This document shows positions 1-12,009 of a DNA stretch of 64,000 bases, piece after piece. The notes beneath the pieces are model-generated. The model was not told the DNA's origin and made no database searches. It saw nothing but the letters and a program-made list of their open reading frames with translations. Origin of the DNA: Desulfobacterales bacterium (lineage in GTDB: Bacteria; Desulfobacterota; Desulfobacteria; Desulfobacterales; UBA5852); contig CAXXVS010000003.1 in NCBI GenBank assembly GCA_963674755.2, positions 1,472,001 to 1,536,000 of the forward strand, read 5' to 3'. The translations under genes and the position numbers were made by a program. Each line of letters opens with the position of its first letter. Positions within the stretch are counted from its first letter, which is position 1.

Positions 1-533
1 CCCTGACGGACGGGATTTGCCGGGAGGGGCTGGCACGGGCGGCCCGATCTCTGGAACAGGTTTATGGCCAGGGCGACGATATTGATGCCCGGGAGGACAT
101 GGCCCTGGCCAGCCTCTTCGGCGGTTTGGCCCTGGCCAATGCCGGCCTGGGAGCGGTGCACGGGTTTGCCGGCCCTCTGGGGGGCATGCGGTCGGCGGCC
201 CACGGCATGATTTGCGCCGCGCTCCTGCCGGCGGTCATGACCGCCAATATCCGGGCTCTGGGTGAACGGCAGACGGGCCACTTGGCGTTGGAACGCTACC
301 GTGAAACCGCTGTCCTCCTGACCGGCCGGGAAGATGTCACGGCGGAGGAGGGCGTGGATTGGATTCGGCAGCTTGGCCGGCGTCTGGAAGTGCCGCCGTT
401 GGGGGCGTTGGGCTTCACGGCGGACCAGACCGCCGAAGCCGTCTCCAAGGCTCGTCAGGCCAGCAGCATGAAGGGCAATCCGGTGGCGCTGACGGAAGAA
501 GAACTGGCGGCCATATTTATGGGCGCTTTGTAG
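1..533 (+). CDS. Iron-containing alcohol dehydrogenase, C-terminal part (5' truncated by window edge)
   Basis: Frame open from nt 3; motifs GGLALANAGLGAVHGFAGPLGG and AHGMICA carry the Fe-ADH metal-binding histidines. Confidence 0.9.
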   Translation, partial: LTDGICREGLARAARSLEQVYGQGDDIDAREDMALASLFGGLALANAGLGAVHGFAGPLGGMRSAAHGMICAALLPAVMTANIRALGERQTGHLALERYRETAVLLTGREDVTAEEGVDWIRQLGRRLEVPPLGALGFTADQTAEAVSKARQASSMKGNPVALTEEELAAIFMGAL

Positions 534-645
534 AGAATGCTCGACAATAATGTGAAGAAGGCACTATTTCTCGCGATGATTTTAGCGGTCAACTTATAGT
601 GAAGAGCTCCGAAAAAAGCCTGTTTTGTTGACTTGTTTGTCCGCT

Positions 646-989
646 TGTTACTGTTCTTTCGCGTGAAAAGAAAGGTAACCAAAAGAAAAGGCCCGTGTCC
701 CGCTTAATCCTGCGCGTCGCCAAACCGGGCGAGGCCACAAGAATCATGTTGTCAGGTAAGGCGCCAAGTGCAGCGAGGCGCGCAGCAATCGTCAGATTGT
801 GAGCACCCGAGCAAGCTTGGCAACGCGACCTGGCGGCATGAGGCGCCGCTGGATCGTCCGGTTTCGGCCGGAGCACGTGGTGACTCGCCCACCTTCGCTA
901 AAGCTGCGGCGGACTCAGACAGTCCGCGCGCTTTTTACCGTTCCCTGCGGCGATGCTCGGTGCGGAACAACGGGAATTAACCCCAAAAC
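646..989. repeat. Composite REP/MITE-like intergenic element with nested hairpins
   Basis: Lies between convergent genes; 744-757 pairs with 828-841 with inner stems; 951-989 recurs at 7317-7355 (34/39 identical). Confidence 0.55.
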
Positions 990-1019
990 CTCCTCAAAAC
1001 TCGCCCTTTCTGCGGGTGG

Positions 1020-2189
1020 TCAGCGGCGGGCTTCCATTAGAATCTCCAAATCCTCGACAGGGTAGGAAACGCAGGCGTGCACATAGCCTTGGATGCGGTC
1101 CGATTGGCGCAGGGGGACTCCGGCGGGCTGGAAGACGCGGCCTTTGAGGACGCGCACCCGGCACAGGCTGCATTCCCCCGAACGGCATTGGGAGGGCGGG
1201 GCCAGGCCGGCCTGCTCGAAGGTATTCAGCAGGGGCGTGCCGGCCCGGGCCGCGATGGTGGGGCCGTCGATGATGGTGACCTTGAAACGATCGTCTTCCC
1301 CGACAGCGGCGGGCCAGCCGGGGCTTTGGGAGACCCTGGCCGGCGGGCCGAACATTTCCCGGCGGATGCGGCGGCGGGGTACGCCCCGGGCTTCCAATTC
1401 TCCGAGGCAGAAATCGTACATGGCCTGCGGGCCGCAGAGATAGAGCATGGCGCCTGGCAGGGCGCCCGCTACACGTTCTATGAGGTCGCCGTTCATGAAG
1501 CCCCGCTCCCCGGCATAATCGGACTGCGGCTGTTCGATCACCGGCACGTAGACCAAATTGGGATGTCGGGCGGCCAGGGTGCAAAGCGCCTCGTGGTAGA
1601 TGATATCGTCTTCGGAGCGGTTGCCGTAGATCAAGGTGATATGGCGGTCCAGCCCCCGGTCGCAGACCTCCCGGATCATGCTCATGAAGGGCGTAATGCC
1701 GCTGCCCCCGGCGATGAAGACCAGGCGCCGTCCGTGAATCAGGGGATTGTAGACGAAGCAACCGTCCGGACCCGAGGCCGTCAGGGCGTCGCCTTCCCTG
1801 ACGTTGTCCAACAAATGGTTGGAGACCAGGCCGCCGGGCACCCGCTTGACCGTCAGGTCGTAGTAGGCGGTCTGGGAGGGAGGGGAGGCGATGCTGAGGG
1901 GCCGGTTGGTACGGATGCCGTCCGCCTGCACGTGCAGGGCGACATACTGGCCGGCCTGGAAGGGCGGCAGTACGTCCTCGGCGGACACCATGCGGAAGGT
2001 CTTGGTGCTGGGGGTCTCCTCAAAGATCCGGCTGACGCGCAAAGAGAGGCGTTGCGGGTGCAGGCGCGCCAGGTAGGCGGCCGCGACGCCCTTCTCGCTG
2101 CGGAAGTCTTCTCCCAAGGTTTCGGCAGCCCGGACGAGCTGGAGCACCTCCTGGTAGCCTTCGAGTTGTTCGGCGATGTCGCGTTTCAT
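1020..2189 (-). CDS. FAD/NAD(P)-binding ferredoxin reductase-family oxidoreductase with C-terminal 2Fe-2S domain (PaaE/Hcr-like)
   Basis: FQAGQYV, RPLS, AGGSGITPFMSM, YLCGP, and CRSGECSLC...HAC 2Fe-2S motif. Confidence 0.88.
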   Translation of the reverse strand: MKRDIAEQLEGYQEVLQLVRAAETLGEDFRSEKGVAAAYLARLHPQRLSLRVSRIFEETPSTKTFRMVSAEDVLPPFQAGQYVALHVQADGIRTNRPLSIASPPSQTAYYDLTVKRVPGGLVSNHLLDNVREGDALTASGPDGCFVYNPLIHGRRLVFIAGGSGITPFMSMIREVCDRGLDRHITLIYGNRSEDDIIYHEALCTLAARHPNLVYVPVIEQPQSDYAGERGFMNGDLIERVAGALPGAMLYLCGPQAMYDFCLGELEARGVPRRRIRREMFGPPARVSQSPGWPAAVGEDDRFKVTIIDGPTIAARAGTPLLNTFEQAGLAPPSQCRSGECSLCRVRVLKGRVFQPAGVPLRQSDRIQGYVHACVSYPVEDLEILMEARR

Positions 2190-2219
2190 CGGCTGGCCCT
2201 TTCATATAAAAACATATTC

Positions 2220-2341
2220 ACCACGAAGAGCACGAAGGACACAAAGTTAAAAAGCGAAACGGCAATCGACCAAATGCTTATCACCATAGGGGACTCTGCC
2301 TTTTGGGTTTACCCTCCGTGCCCCTTCGTGCTCTTCGTGGT
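2220..2341. repeat. Perfect 19-bp inverted repeat pair (REP-like)
   Basis: ACCACGAAGAGCACGAAGG (2220-2238) and its exact reverse complement (2323-2341). Confidence 0.75.
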
Positions 2342-2389
2342 AAACGCTTTTGGCTTTCAAAGGATGCGGGCGCTTCGACCTGCTCCTTG

Positions 2390-3886
2390 CTATTTCTCCA
2401 GTCGTCGCAGCACGGCCTGGCCGGTTTTGAAGCCGGACTCCAGGGTGGGCTGGAACCCGTTGGCGCCCACCCAGCCCCCGGAGAGATAGAGGCCCTCGAT
2501 GTGCATGCGGTTGGGCAGGAAGACCGGGGAATCCTTGATGTGCTTTTCAAAGCCGTAGATGGCTCCCCGGGGGGTACCCAGATAGCGCATGTGGGTGATG
2601 GGGGTGGCGATTTCCATTTCCTCGATGTGATCGCGCAAGCCGGGGAAAACCCGCTCGGCCTGCTGCAGCAGGCCCTCGGCCACCCGGTATTTTTCGGCGG
2701 CATACTGGGCCGGGGGCACCTGGAGCCAGGCATCGCCGAATTTAAGCGTGATCAGGGCGGCCTGGCTGGTGCCGGTCGGGGAGAAGCCCGGATCGATGAG
2801 GGTGTAGCAGGTCATCATGAGGCTGTCGCGCTGGTCGATATCGCGGATCTTCATGCGTTCGTAAGCCTGATCGGCATCGGTGTGCCCCAGGATGAAATTG
2901 GTGGAGGAGGTGATCCCGAGCGCATCAGGCGGCTGGTCGAGACCCAGGTAGAGGGTAAAGGCCGACGGGCTCAAGGACGTGCGTTTGAGCTCGCCCCAGA
3001 CCGTCTCGGGCACCTGGTCGGGGTCCAGCATTTCCACGAAAGTGGCGATCTTGGAGGCGTTGGAGATCACTTGGCGGGCCTGGATGGTTTCGCCCCCGGC
3101 GATGGCGACCCCGGCCACCCGCCCGTCTTCCACCAGGATTCGCTCCACCGGGCAGTTGTAGCGGATCCGGCCCCCGCATTCCGTGATGCGGCCGGCCAGG
3201 GCGCCGGAAAGGGCCTGGGAGCCGCCCTTGAGATGAAAGGGCAGGAATTCGATATAGGCAAACAACATGGCGGCCATGTCGATGAAGGCCAGCCGGCTGG
3301 GGGGCAGGCCCATATAGGTCCAATAGGGGGTCAGGGCGGCCTGCAGCAGGGGGTTGCGGATATGCTCGTCCAGCACGGCTTGCAGCGGCTTCAGACCGTA
3401 TTGGAAATACAGCGGGTATTTGTCCGGGTGGATCTCCGGGTCCTTGAAATAGAAGGCGCCGATGACTTCGCCGAAGACCCGATAGACCAGGTCGAAAAAG
3501 GCCTCGATGCCGTCGGCCTCGTCGGGGAAGCGGTCCTTGAGCGCCGCGATGGCCCGGGCCCGGTCGGGTTCCAGCACGATGTCGAGGGCCCCCGGAAGCA
3601 CCACATGGTAGAGATCGGTCATGGGCACGAAATCCAGCCGGTCTGTGACCTTCAACTGGTCCAGCACCATGCGCAGGGGGCCGGGCTTGGCAGGCGTGCC
3701 GATACCGCTCAGCTGGTGCAGGGCCACCTCGAATTCGAAGCGGCCCCGGCAGAAGCTGGTGGCAGAGCCTCCCGGGATATTGTGCCGCTCCAGCACCAGG
3801 ACTTGGGCGCCGCCCTGGGCCAGGGCGGCCGCGGCGGTCAGGCCGGCATTGCCGGCGCCGATGACGACGACATCATAGGGTCCCAT
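2390..3886 (-). CDS. Phytoene dehydrogenase-family FAD-dependent oxidoreductase
   Basis: N-terminal YDVVVIGAGNAGL dinucleotide motif, LERHNIPGG, ATPITHMRY..GAIYG; GAGGAG RBS before ATG 3886. Confidence 0.85.
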   Translation of the reverse strand: MGPYDVVVIGAGNAGLTAAAALAQGGAQVLVLERHNIPGGSATSFCRGRFEFEVALHQLSGIGTPAKPGPLRMVLDQLKVTDRLDFVPMTDLYHVVLPGALDIVLEPDRARAIAALKDRFPDEADGIEAFFDLVYRVFGEVIGAFYFKDPEIHPDKYPLYFQYGLKPLQAVLDEHIRNPLLQAALTPYWTYMGLPPSRLAFIDMAAMLFAYIEFLPFHLKGGSQALSGALAGRITECGGRIRYNCPVERILVEDGRVAGVAIAGGETIQARQVISNASKIATFVEMLDPDQVPETVWGELKRTSLSPSAFTLYLGLDQPPDALGITSSTNFILGHTDADQAYERMKIRDIDQRDSLMMTCYTLIDPGFSPTGTSQAALITLKFGDAWLQVPPAQYAAEKYRVAEGLLQQAERVFPGLRDHIEEMEIATPITHMRYLGTPRGAIYGFEKHIKDSPVFLPNRMHIEGLYLSGGWVGANGFQPTLESGFKTGQAVLRRLEK

Positions 3887-4856
3887 CAGGCTCCTCTCGG
3901 GTTGGTGCGGTTCTGCGACCGGTGGCAAGAAAGGTCGCGACGGCCGGCACGAGTGCATCGAGCTCGTCCGGCGCTGTCCAGACAATCTCCGGGTCGGCGC
4001 GAAACCAGGTAAACTGGCGTTTGGCATAGCGGCGGGTGTCCCGCTTCAGCAGGCGCAGGGTCTCCTCCCAGTCCACGCCGTTTTGAAGATAGTCCACCAT
4101 ATGGCGGTAGCCGATGGACTGCATGGATTTCAGGCCGGCATGGTAGCCCCGGGCCAACAGGCGGCGGACTTCCTCCAGCAGGCCCTCGGCCACCATTTGA
4201 TCCACCCGCCGGTCAATGCGTGCGTAAAGGGCCGGGCGGGGAATGGTCAGGCCGATCTTGAAAGCGGCAAAGCGCGGTCGGGCAAAGCGGTGTTCCTGCT
4301 GTAAAGCGGATATGGGGCGCCCGGTGGCCTGGAAGGTTTCCAGGGCGCGGATGATGCGGAAGCGGTCGTTCACATGGATGTCCGCCGCCGCGGCAGGGTC
4401 CCTGGCGGACAGCCGGGCGTGCAGGTGGGCCGTGCCATGGGCCTCGGCCGACTGCTCCAGCTGCCGACGATATTCCGGATCGGGCGGCCGGCTGTCGAAG
4501 AGGCCGTAGAGCAGCGCTTTGATGTAGAGCCCGGTGCCGCCGGCCACGACGGGCACCAGCCCTCCTTGGTGGACGGCCTGTGCGACCTCGCCGGCCTCCC
4601 GGGCGTAGCGGGCGGCGTCATAGGGGACGTCGGGATCGACGATGTCCACCATATGGTGTTTAACGCGCGCCTGCTCCTCGGTCGTGGGTTTGGCGGTACC
4701 GATATCCATGGTCCGATAGATCTGCATGGAATCGGCCCCGACGATTTGCCCCTCGAACCGCCGGGCCAGATCGATGGCGGTGCGGGTCTTGCCGATCCCG
4801 GTGGGTCCGCAGACGACGATCACACGGGGGGCTGGATGGGGGGCGGAAGCAGTCAT
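3873..4856 (-). CDS. miaA: tRNA dimethylallyltransferase
   Basis: GPTGIGKT P-loop, DSMQIY, DIGTAKP, GGTGLY, TRRYAKRQFTWF; AGGAG RBS before ATG 4856. Confidence 0.97.
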   Translation of the reverse strand: MTASAPHPAPRVIVVCGPTGIGKTRTAIDLARRFEGQIVGADSMQIYRTMDIGTAKPTTEEQARVKHHMVDIVDPDVPYDAARYAREAGEVAQAVHQGGLVPVVAGGTGLYIKALLYGLFDSRPPDPEYRRQLEQSAEAHGTAHLHARLSARDPAAAADIHVNDRFRIIRALETFQATGRPISALQQEHRFARPRFAAFKIGLTIPRPALYARIDRRVDQMVAEGLLEEVRRLLARGYHAGLKSMQSIGYRHMVDYLQNGVDWEETLRLLKRDTRRYAKRQFTWFRADPEIVWTAPDELDALVPAVATFLATGRRTAPTREEPDGTL

Positions 4857-4991
4857 GGTCTCCTGCATAATCCAACTTCCTGCCGGGGGCAAGGGGCATG
4901 TACCGGCGCCGGACTGCGCTGCTGTGGCTTATCCTTCCCGGGCCTGTTTGTCCGACCGCCGTTCGGCCGTATACGAAGGCGGCTTTTCTTA

Positions 4992-5073
4992 TTGACATTA
5001 AATGGACGATGCTATAATTAGGTCCAAAATTTAAAAGGTCCGTTGTAAAACAACCCCTTAGAGTATAATTAGG
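4992..5073 (+). promoter_or_regulatory. Tandem sigma70-like promoters upstream of dsrC
   Basis: TTGACA (4992) with TGnTATAAT (5010-5018); second TATAAT at 5064; TATAATTAGG repeated twice. Confidence 0.6.
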
Positions 5074-5115
5074 CGGAACGCCGAAAATAATATTATTAAA
5101 GGAGGGTATTCGTAA

Positions 5116-5436
5116 ATGGCCACAGTTGAATACATGGGCAAGTCGTTTGAAGTTGACGAAGACGGATTCATCGGGAACTACGAAGATGGCAAGTGCGAAG
5201 AGTGGGTGCAGTATGTCAAGGCTCAGGAAGGCATCGATGAGCTCAGCGACGAACACCGCAAAGTCATCACGGTTCTCCAGGAGTACTACGAGAAAAACGG
5301 TATCGCACCGATGGTGCGGGTGCTCTCCAAGGTGACCGGCTTCAAACTGAAACACATTTATGAACTGTTCCCGTCAGGACCGGGCAAGGGAGCGTGTAAG
5401 ATGGCAGGTCTCCCCAAGCCGACCGGCTGCGTCTAA
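5116..5436 (+). CDS. dsrC: Dissimilatory sulfite reductase system protein DsrC
   Basis: VDEDGFI, IAPMVR, C-terminus GPGKGACKMAGLPKPTGCV with both conserved cysteines. Confidence 0.96.
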   Translation: MATVEYMGKSFEVDEDGFIGNYEDGKCEEWVQYVKAQEGIDELSDEHRKVITVLQEYYEKNGIAPMVRVLSKVTGFKLKHIYELFPSGPGKGACKMAGLPKPTGCV

Positions 5437-5474
5437 GCGACGATTCCTGGCGGCAACAGCACGTTGCAAATTTT

Positions 5475-5505
5475 AAAGGCCCTGCTGACGCAGCAGGGCC
5501 TTTTT
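5475..5505 (+). terminator. Rho-independent terminator after dsrC
   Basis: AAAGGCCCTGCTG-acg-CAGCAGGGCCTTTTT. Confidence 0.85.
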
Positions 5506-5525
5506 ATTTGGCAAGGGAGGCAGCT

Positions 5526-5912
5526 ATGGACATTGCGGTCAAAACCGGCGCCCGCACGGAACTGGTGGACATTACCGCCGAGGTGCAGACCGCGGTTCGC
5601 GAAGCCGGCATTCGCGACGGGCTCTGCATGGTCTTTGTGCCTCACACCACGGCCGCGGTGACCATCAATGAGAACGCCGATCCGACCGTGAAGGCCGACA
5701 TCCTGAAGGTACTCAACAAGGTCATTCCCTGGGACGACGGCTACCGCCACTTGGAAGGCAACTCGGCGGCCCACATCAAATCGAGTCTGGTGGGCGCGTC
5801 GGAGCTGGTCGCCATCGCCGGCGGCAAGCTGCAGCTCGGGACCTGGCAGGGGATTTTTTTCTGCGAATTCGACGGGCCCCGGCGACGCAAGGTACACCTC
5901 CATTTTATCTGA
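5526..5912 (+). CDS. yjbQ: YjbQ/UPF0047 family protein
   Basis: PHTTAAVTINENADP, HLEGNSAAHIKSSL, LGTWQGIFFCEFDGPR. Confidence 0.92.
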   Translation: MDIAVKTGARTELVDITAEVQTAVREAGIRDGLCMVFVPHTTAAVTINENADPTVKADILKVLNKVIPWDDGYRHLEGNSAAHIKSSLVGASELVAIAGGKLQLGTWQGIFFCEFDGPRRRKVHLHFI

Positions 5913-5955
5913 ACCGAATGCGCCGTGCCCGCATCACAAACAGACAGGACCCACG

Positions 5956-6423
5956 ATGACCTCAGCCGCCGTGTTGCTGGACGACACCGATCGTCTCATC
6001 CTAAACCGGATTCAGTCGGATTTTCCCGTAACCGCCAGGCCCTATGAGGCGATCGGCCGGGAGCTGAATCTGCCCGAAGCCGAGGTGCTTGAACGCCTCA
6101 CACGCCTCAAAGCGATCGGGATCATCAGGCGCATCGGAGGGAATTTTTCCCCCGAGAAACTGGGCTTTGTCAGCACGCTGTGCGCCGCTTCGGTGCCGCC
6201 GGACAGAGTTGACGGGTTCGCCGCCACCGTGAACCGCTACCCCGGCGTGACCCACAACTATATGCGCGACAACCACTTCAATGTCTGGTTCACGTTTATC
6301 GCGCCCTCCATGGAAGAGATCGAGGCCAACCTGGCGGCGATCATACGGGAGACGGGGGTTCACGAGATTCTCAATCTGCCGGCCACCCGCGTCTTTAAAA
6401 TCCGCGCCAAGTTCGACGTTTAA
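5956..6423 (+). CDS. ahbA: Siroheme decarboxylase alpha subunit (AsnC/Lrp-like fold, alternative heme pathway)
   Basis: IQSDFPVTARPY, IIRRIGGNF, LGFVSTLCAA, VTHNYMR..FNVWFT. Confidence 0.85.
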   Translation: MTSAAVLLDDTDRLILNRIQSDFPVTARPYEAIGRELNLPEAEVLERLTRLKAIGIIRRIGGNFSPEKLGFVSTLCAASVPPDRVDGFAATVNRYPGVTHNYMRDNHFNVWFTFIAPSMEEIEANLAAIIRETGVHEILNLPATRVFKIRAKFDV

Positions 6424-6438
6424 CCCGACGGAGACCCC

Positions 6439-7287
6439 ATGCCCACGCTCCGTATTGCCGCCACCATGCTCCGGTCGCCGGTGGGGCGGGTCGATGAAAA
6501 CCTGGCCGCGGTCGTGGCCTGGACCCGGCAGGCGCGCCGGGAAGGCGCCCGCCTGATCTGTTTCCCGGAGATGACCCTCACGGGTTACAGCACCCGGGGG
6601 GCCATCATGCGCCATGCGATGAGGGCCGATAGCCCGGCGGCCGAAAGGCTGCGGCAGCTGGCGCAGCAGGAAGACATCACGATTCTCGTGGGCGCCGCCG
6701 AACCGGCGCCGGACGGACGGATTTACGCGGCCCACTGGGTGGTGCGGCCGGGTAGGCCCATTGCCGTCTACCGTAAAACCCATATCGCCCCGCCGGAGAA
6801 ACGGCATCTATGCCCGGGCGATCAGGCGCCGGTCTTTGGGGTAGATCCCTACCGCATCGGTATCCAACTCTGCTACGATGCCCATTTCCCCGAACTCTCC
6901 GCCCACATGGCCTGGCAGGGGGCGGATATCCTCTTTTTCCCCCATGCCTCACCCCGTGGAACACCGGATGATAAGCTGGCCTCCTGGCTGCGCCATCTGA
7001 CGGCCCGGGCTTTTGACAACGGCGTTTTCGTGGTGGCCTGCAACCAGGCAGGAGAGAACGGCGAGGGGTTGTCCTTTCCGGCCACGGCGGTGGTTATCGG
7101 TCCTTCCGGGGACGTGCAGGCCCGGGACACATCGGGACGGGAAGGCTTGTTGCTGGCTGACGTGGAATCTTCCCTCCTGACCCATGTGCGCGGACATCGC
7201 ATGCGTTATTTCTTCCCGAACCGGCGGCCTGCGCTATACCGGCGGCTGCTGGACGAGCAATCCGATGCCGGATCGGATGAATCCTGA
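6439..7287 (+). CDS. Nitrilase/carbon-nitrogen hydrolase family protein
   Basis: E-K-C triad context: CFPEM, YRKTH, QLCYDAHFPE; ARAFDNG. Confidence 0.9.
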   Translation: MPTLRIAATMLRSPVGRVDENLAAVVAWTRQARREGARLICFPEMTLTGYSTRGAIMRHAMRADSPAAERLRQLAQQEDITILVGAAEPAPDGRIYAAHWVVRPGRPIAVYRKTHIAPPEKRHLCPGDQAPVFGVDPYRIGIQLCYDAHFPELSAHMAWQGADILFFPHASPRGTPDDKLASWLRHLTARAFDNGVFVVACNQAGENGEGLSFPATAVVIGPSGDVQARDTSGREGLLLADVESSLLTHVRGHRMRYFFPNRRPALYRRLLDEQSDAGSDES

Positions 7288-7316
7288 TGCCGGATCCAAC
7301 CTCCCGCCCCAGCCGC

Positions 7317-7355
7317 CGATGCTCGGTGCGGAACAAAGGGGCATAACCCCGAAAC
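7317..7355. repeat. Partial copy of the intergenic element at 951-989
   Basis: CGATGCTCGGTGCGGAACAA identical 20-mer plus similar tail; again between convergent genes. Confidence 0.7.
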
Positions 7356-7416
7356 AACCAAGACGCTAGGTCCCCTTAATGGCGTCTGCCGGGTGTTATT
7401 GTTTTGTTGACAGGGA

Positions 7417-8124
7417 TCAGGTGAGGATGGAGTGCACCAGGCGGATGCGCCCTCCGGAAGATCGCACCTGGATATGAAATCCCGGCAGGGTTTGCACGAG
7501 AGGTCTTCCCAGAAGGAAATCAAGCATGCCGGCGGGAGTATGGCCGTTTTCCACCAACAGCTGGCGCAGACTCTCATCGTATTTGACCATGTCGGTGACA
7601 GCGCCCAGCGCCGCCTTTTGGTCCGATGGCCCTTCTGACAACCGTCCGGCCAGATCGCGGATGCGGCGGTAGTCGCAGCGCCGTTCATGATCCGCGATCA
7701 GTTCCCACAAGCCTTCCACTCCCTGCAGCAGATCCCGCCGGGATAGGCGTTCCCGGTCGTAGAGCCCTTCGATGGCACGGGTATCCCAGCACTGCAAGGA
7801 CCGGCATTCCACCGGGCGATGGTCGTAGATAGTGCAGCGGTTCGTGGCATTTTCAAGAAACCGGCAGCACCAGCCGTCAGCAAGGCCTTTGATCTTGATG
7901 ATATCGTCTCCGGCGAAGGTGGGCCGCCCGGCCACATTGTCCTGCACCGGCTCACCGGGCCGGATGGTGTAGAGCGCCTCGGCGCGAATGAGGCCGTCGT
8001 CGATAAGGTGCGCATCCTGCCGATGCAGGGCGGGACCGCCCTTGCGGCAGCAGGTGCCGCAACGCCGGCAGGTTTGATGGCCGTTGGGTGGTGAATCGGG
8101 ATTTTGTGAGGCGGAAGAAGGCAT
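7417..8124 (-). CDS. YkgJ-family (CxxCxxCC) cysteine-cluster protein; start uncertain
   Basis: CRRCGTCC, CRFLE..RCTIYDHRPVECR. Confidence 0.82.
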   Translation of the reverse strand: MPSSASQNPDSPPNGHQTCRRCGTCCRKGGPALHRQDAHLIDDGLIRAEALYTIRPGEPVQDNVAGRPTFAGDDIIKIKGLADGWCCRFLENATNRCTIYDHRPVECRSLQCWDTRAIEGLYDRERLSRRDLLQGVEGLWELIADHERRCDYRRIRDLAGRLSEGPSDQKAALGAVTDMVKYDESLRQLLVENGHTPAGMLDFLLGRPLVQTLPGFHIQVRSSGGRIRLVHSILT

Positions 8125-8221
8125 AGCGGTCGCCAAGAATGAAGCCGGGGGGCGATGAAGTGAGTCTTCATGCATGCCCCCCGGGATGTGTCGGTTTCAG
8201 AACCCGCCTGGTCCGGCGGCG

Positions 8222-11893
<3,672 letters not shown>

Positions 11894-12009
11894 TTAGTAT
11901 TTGCTAAACCCTTGCCCGGCGTGAGTTTGCCGTTGTCTCCATGCGAAAGGATAAGATGAAATGCATATTAGAATCCGGCCTTTTTGTAAAGGCCAAATAT
12001 CGCCGAGAT

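Noticed and set aside
5956..6423. Lrp/AsnC transcription regulator call
   Set aside because: FPV..RPY, VTHNY.R and NVWFT motifs fit siroheme decarboxylase AhbA/NirD better
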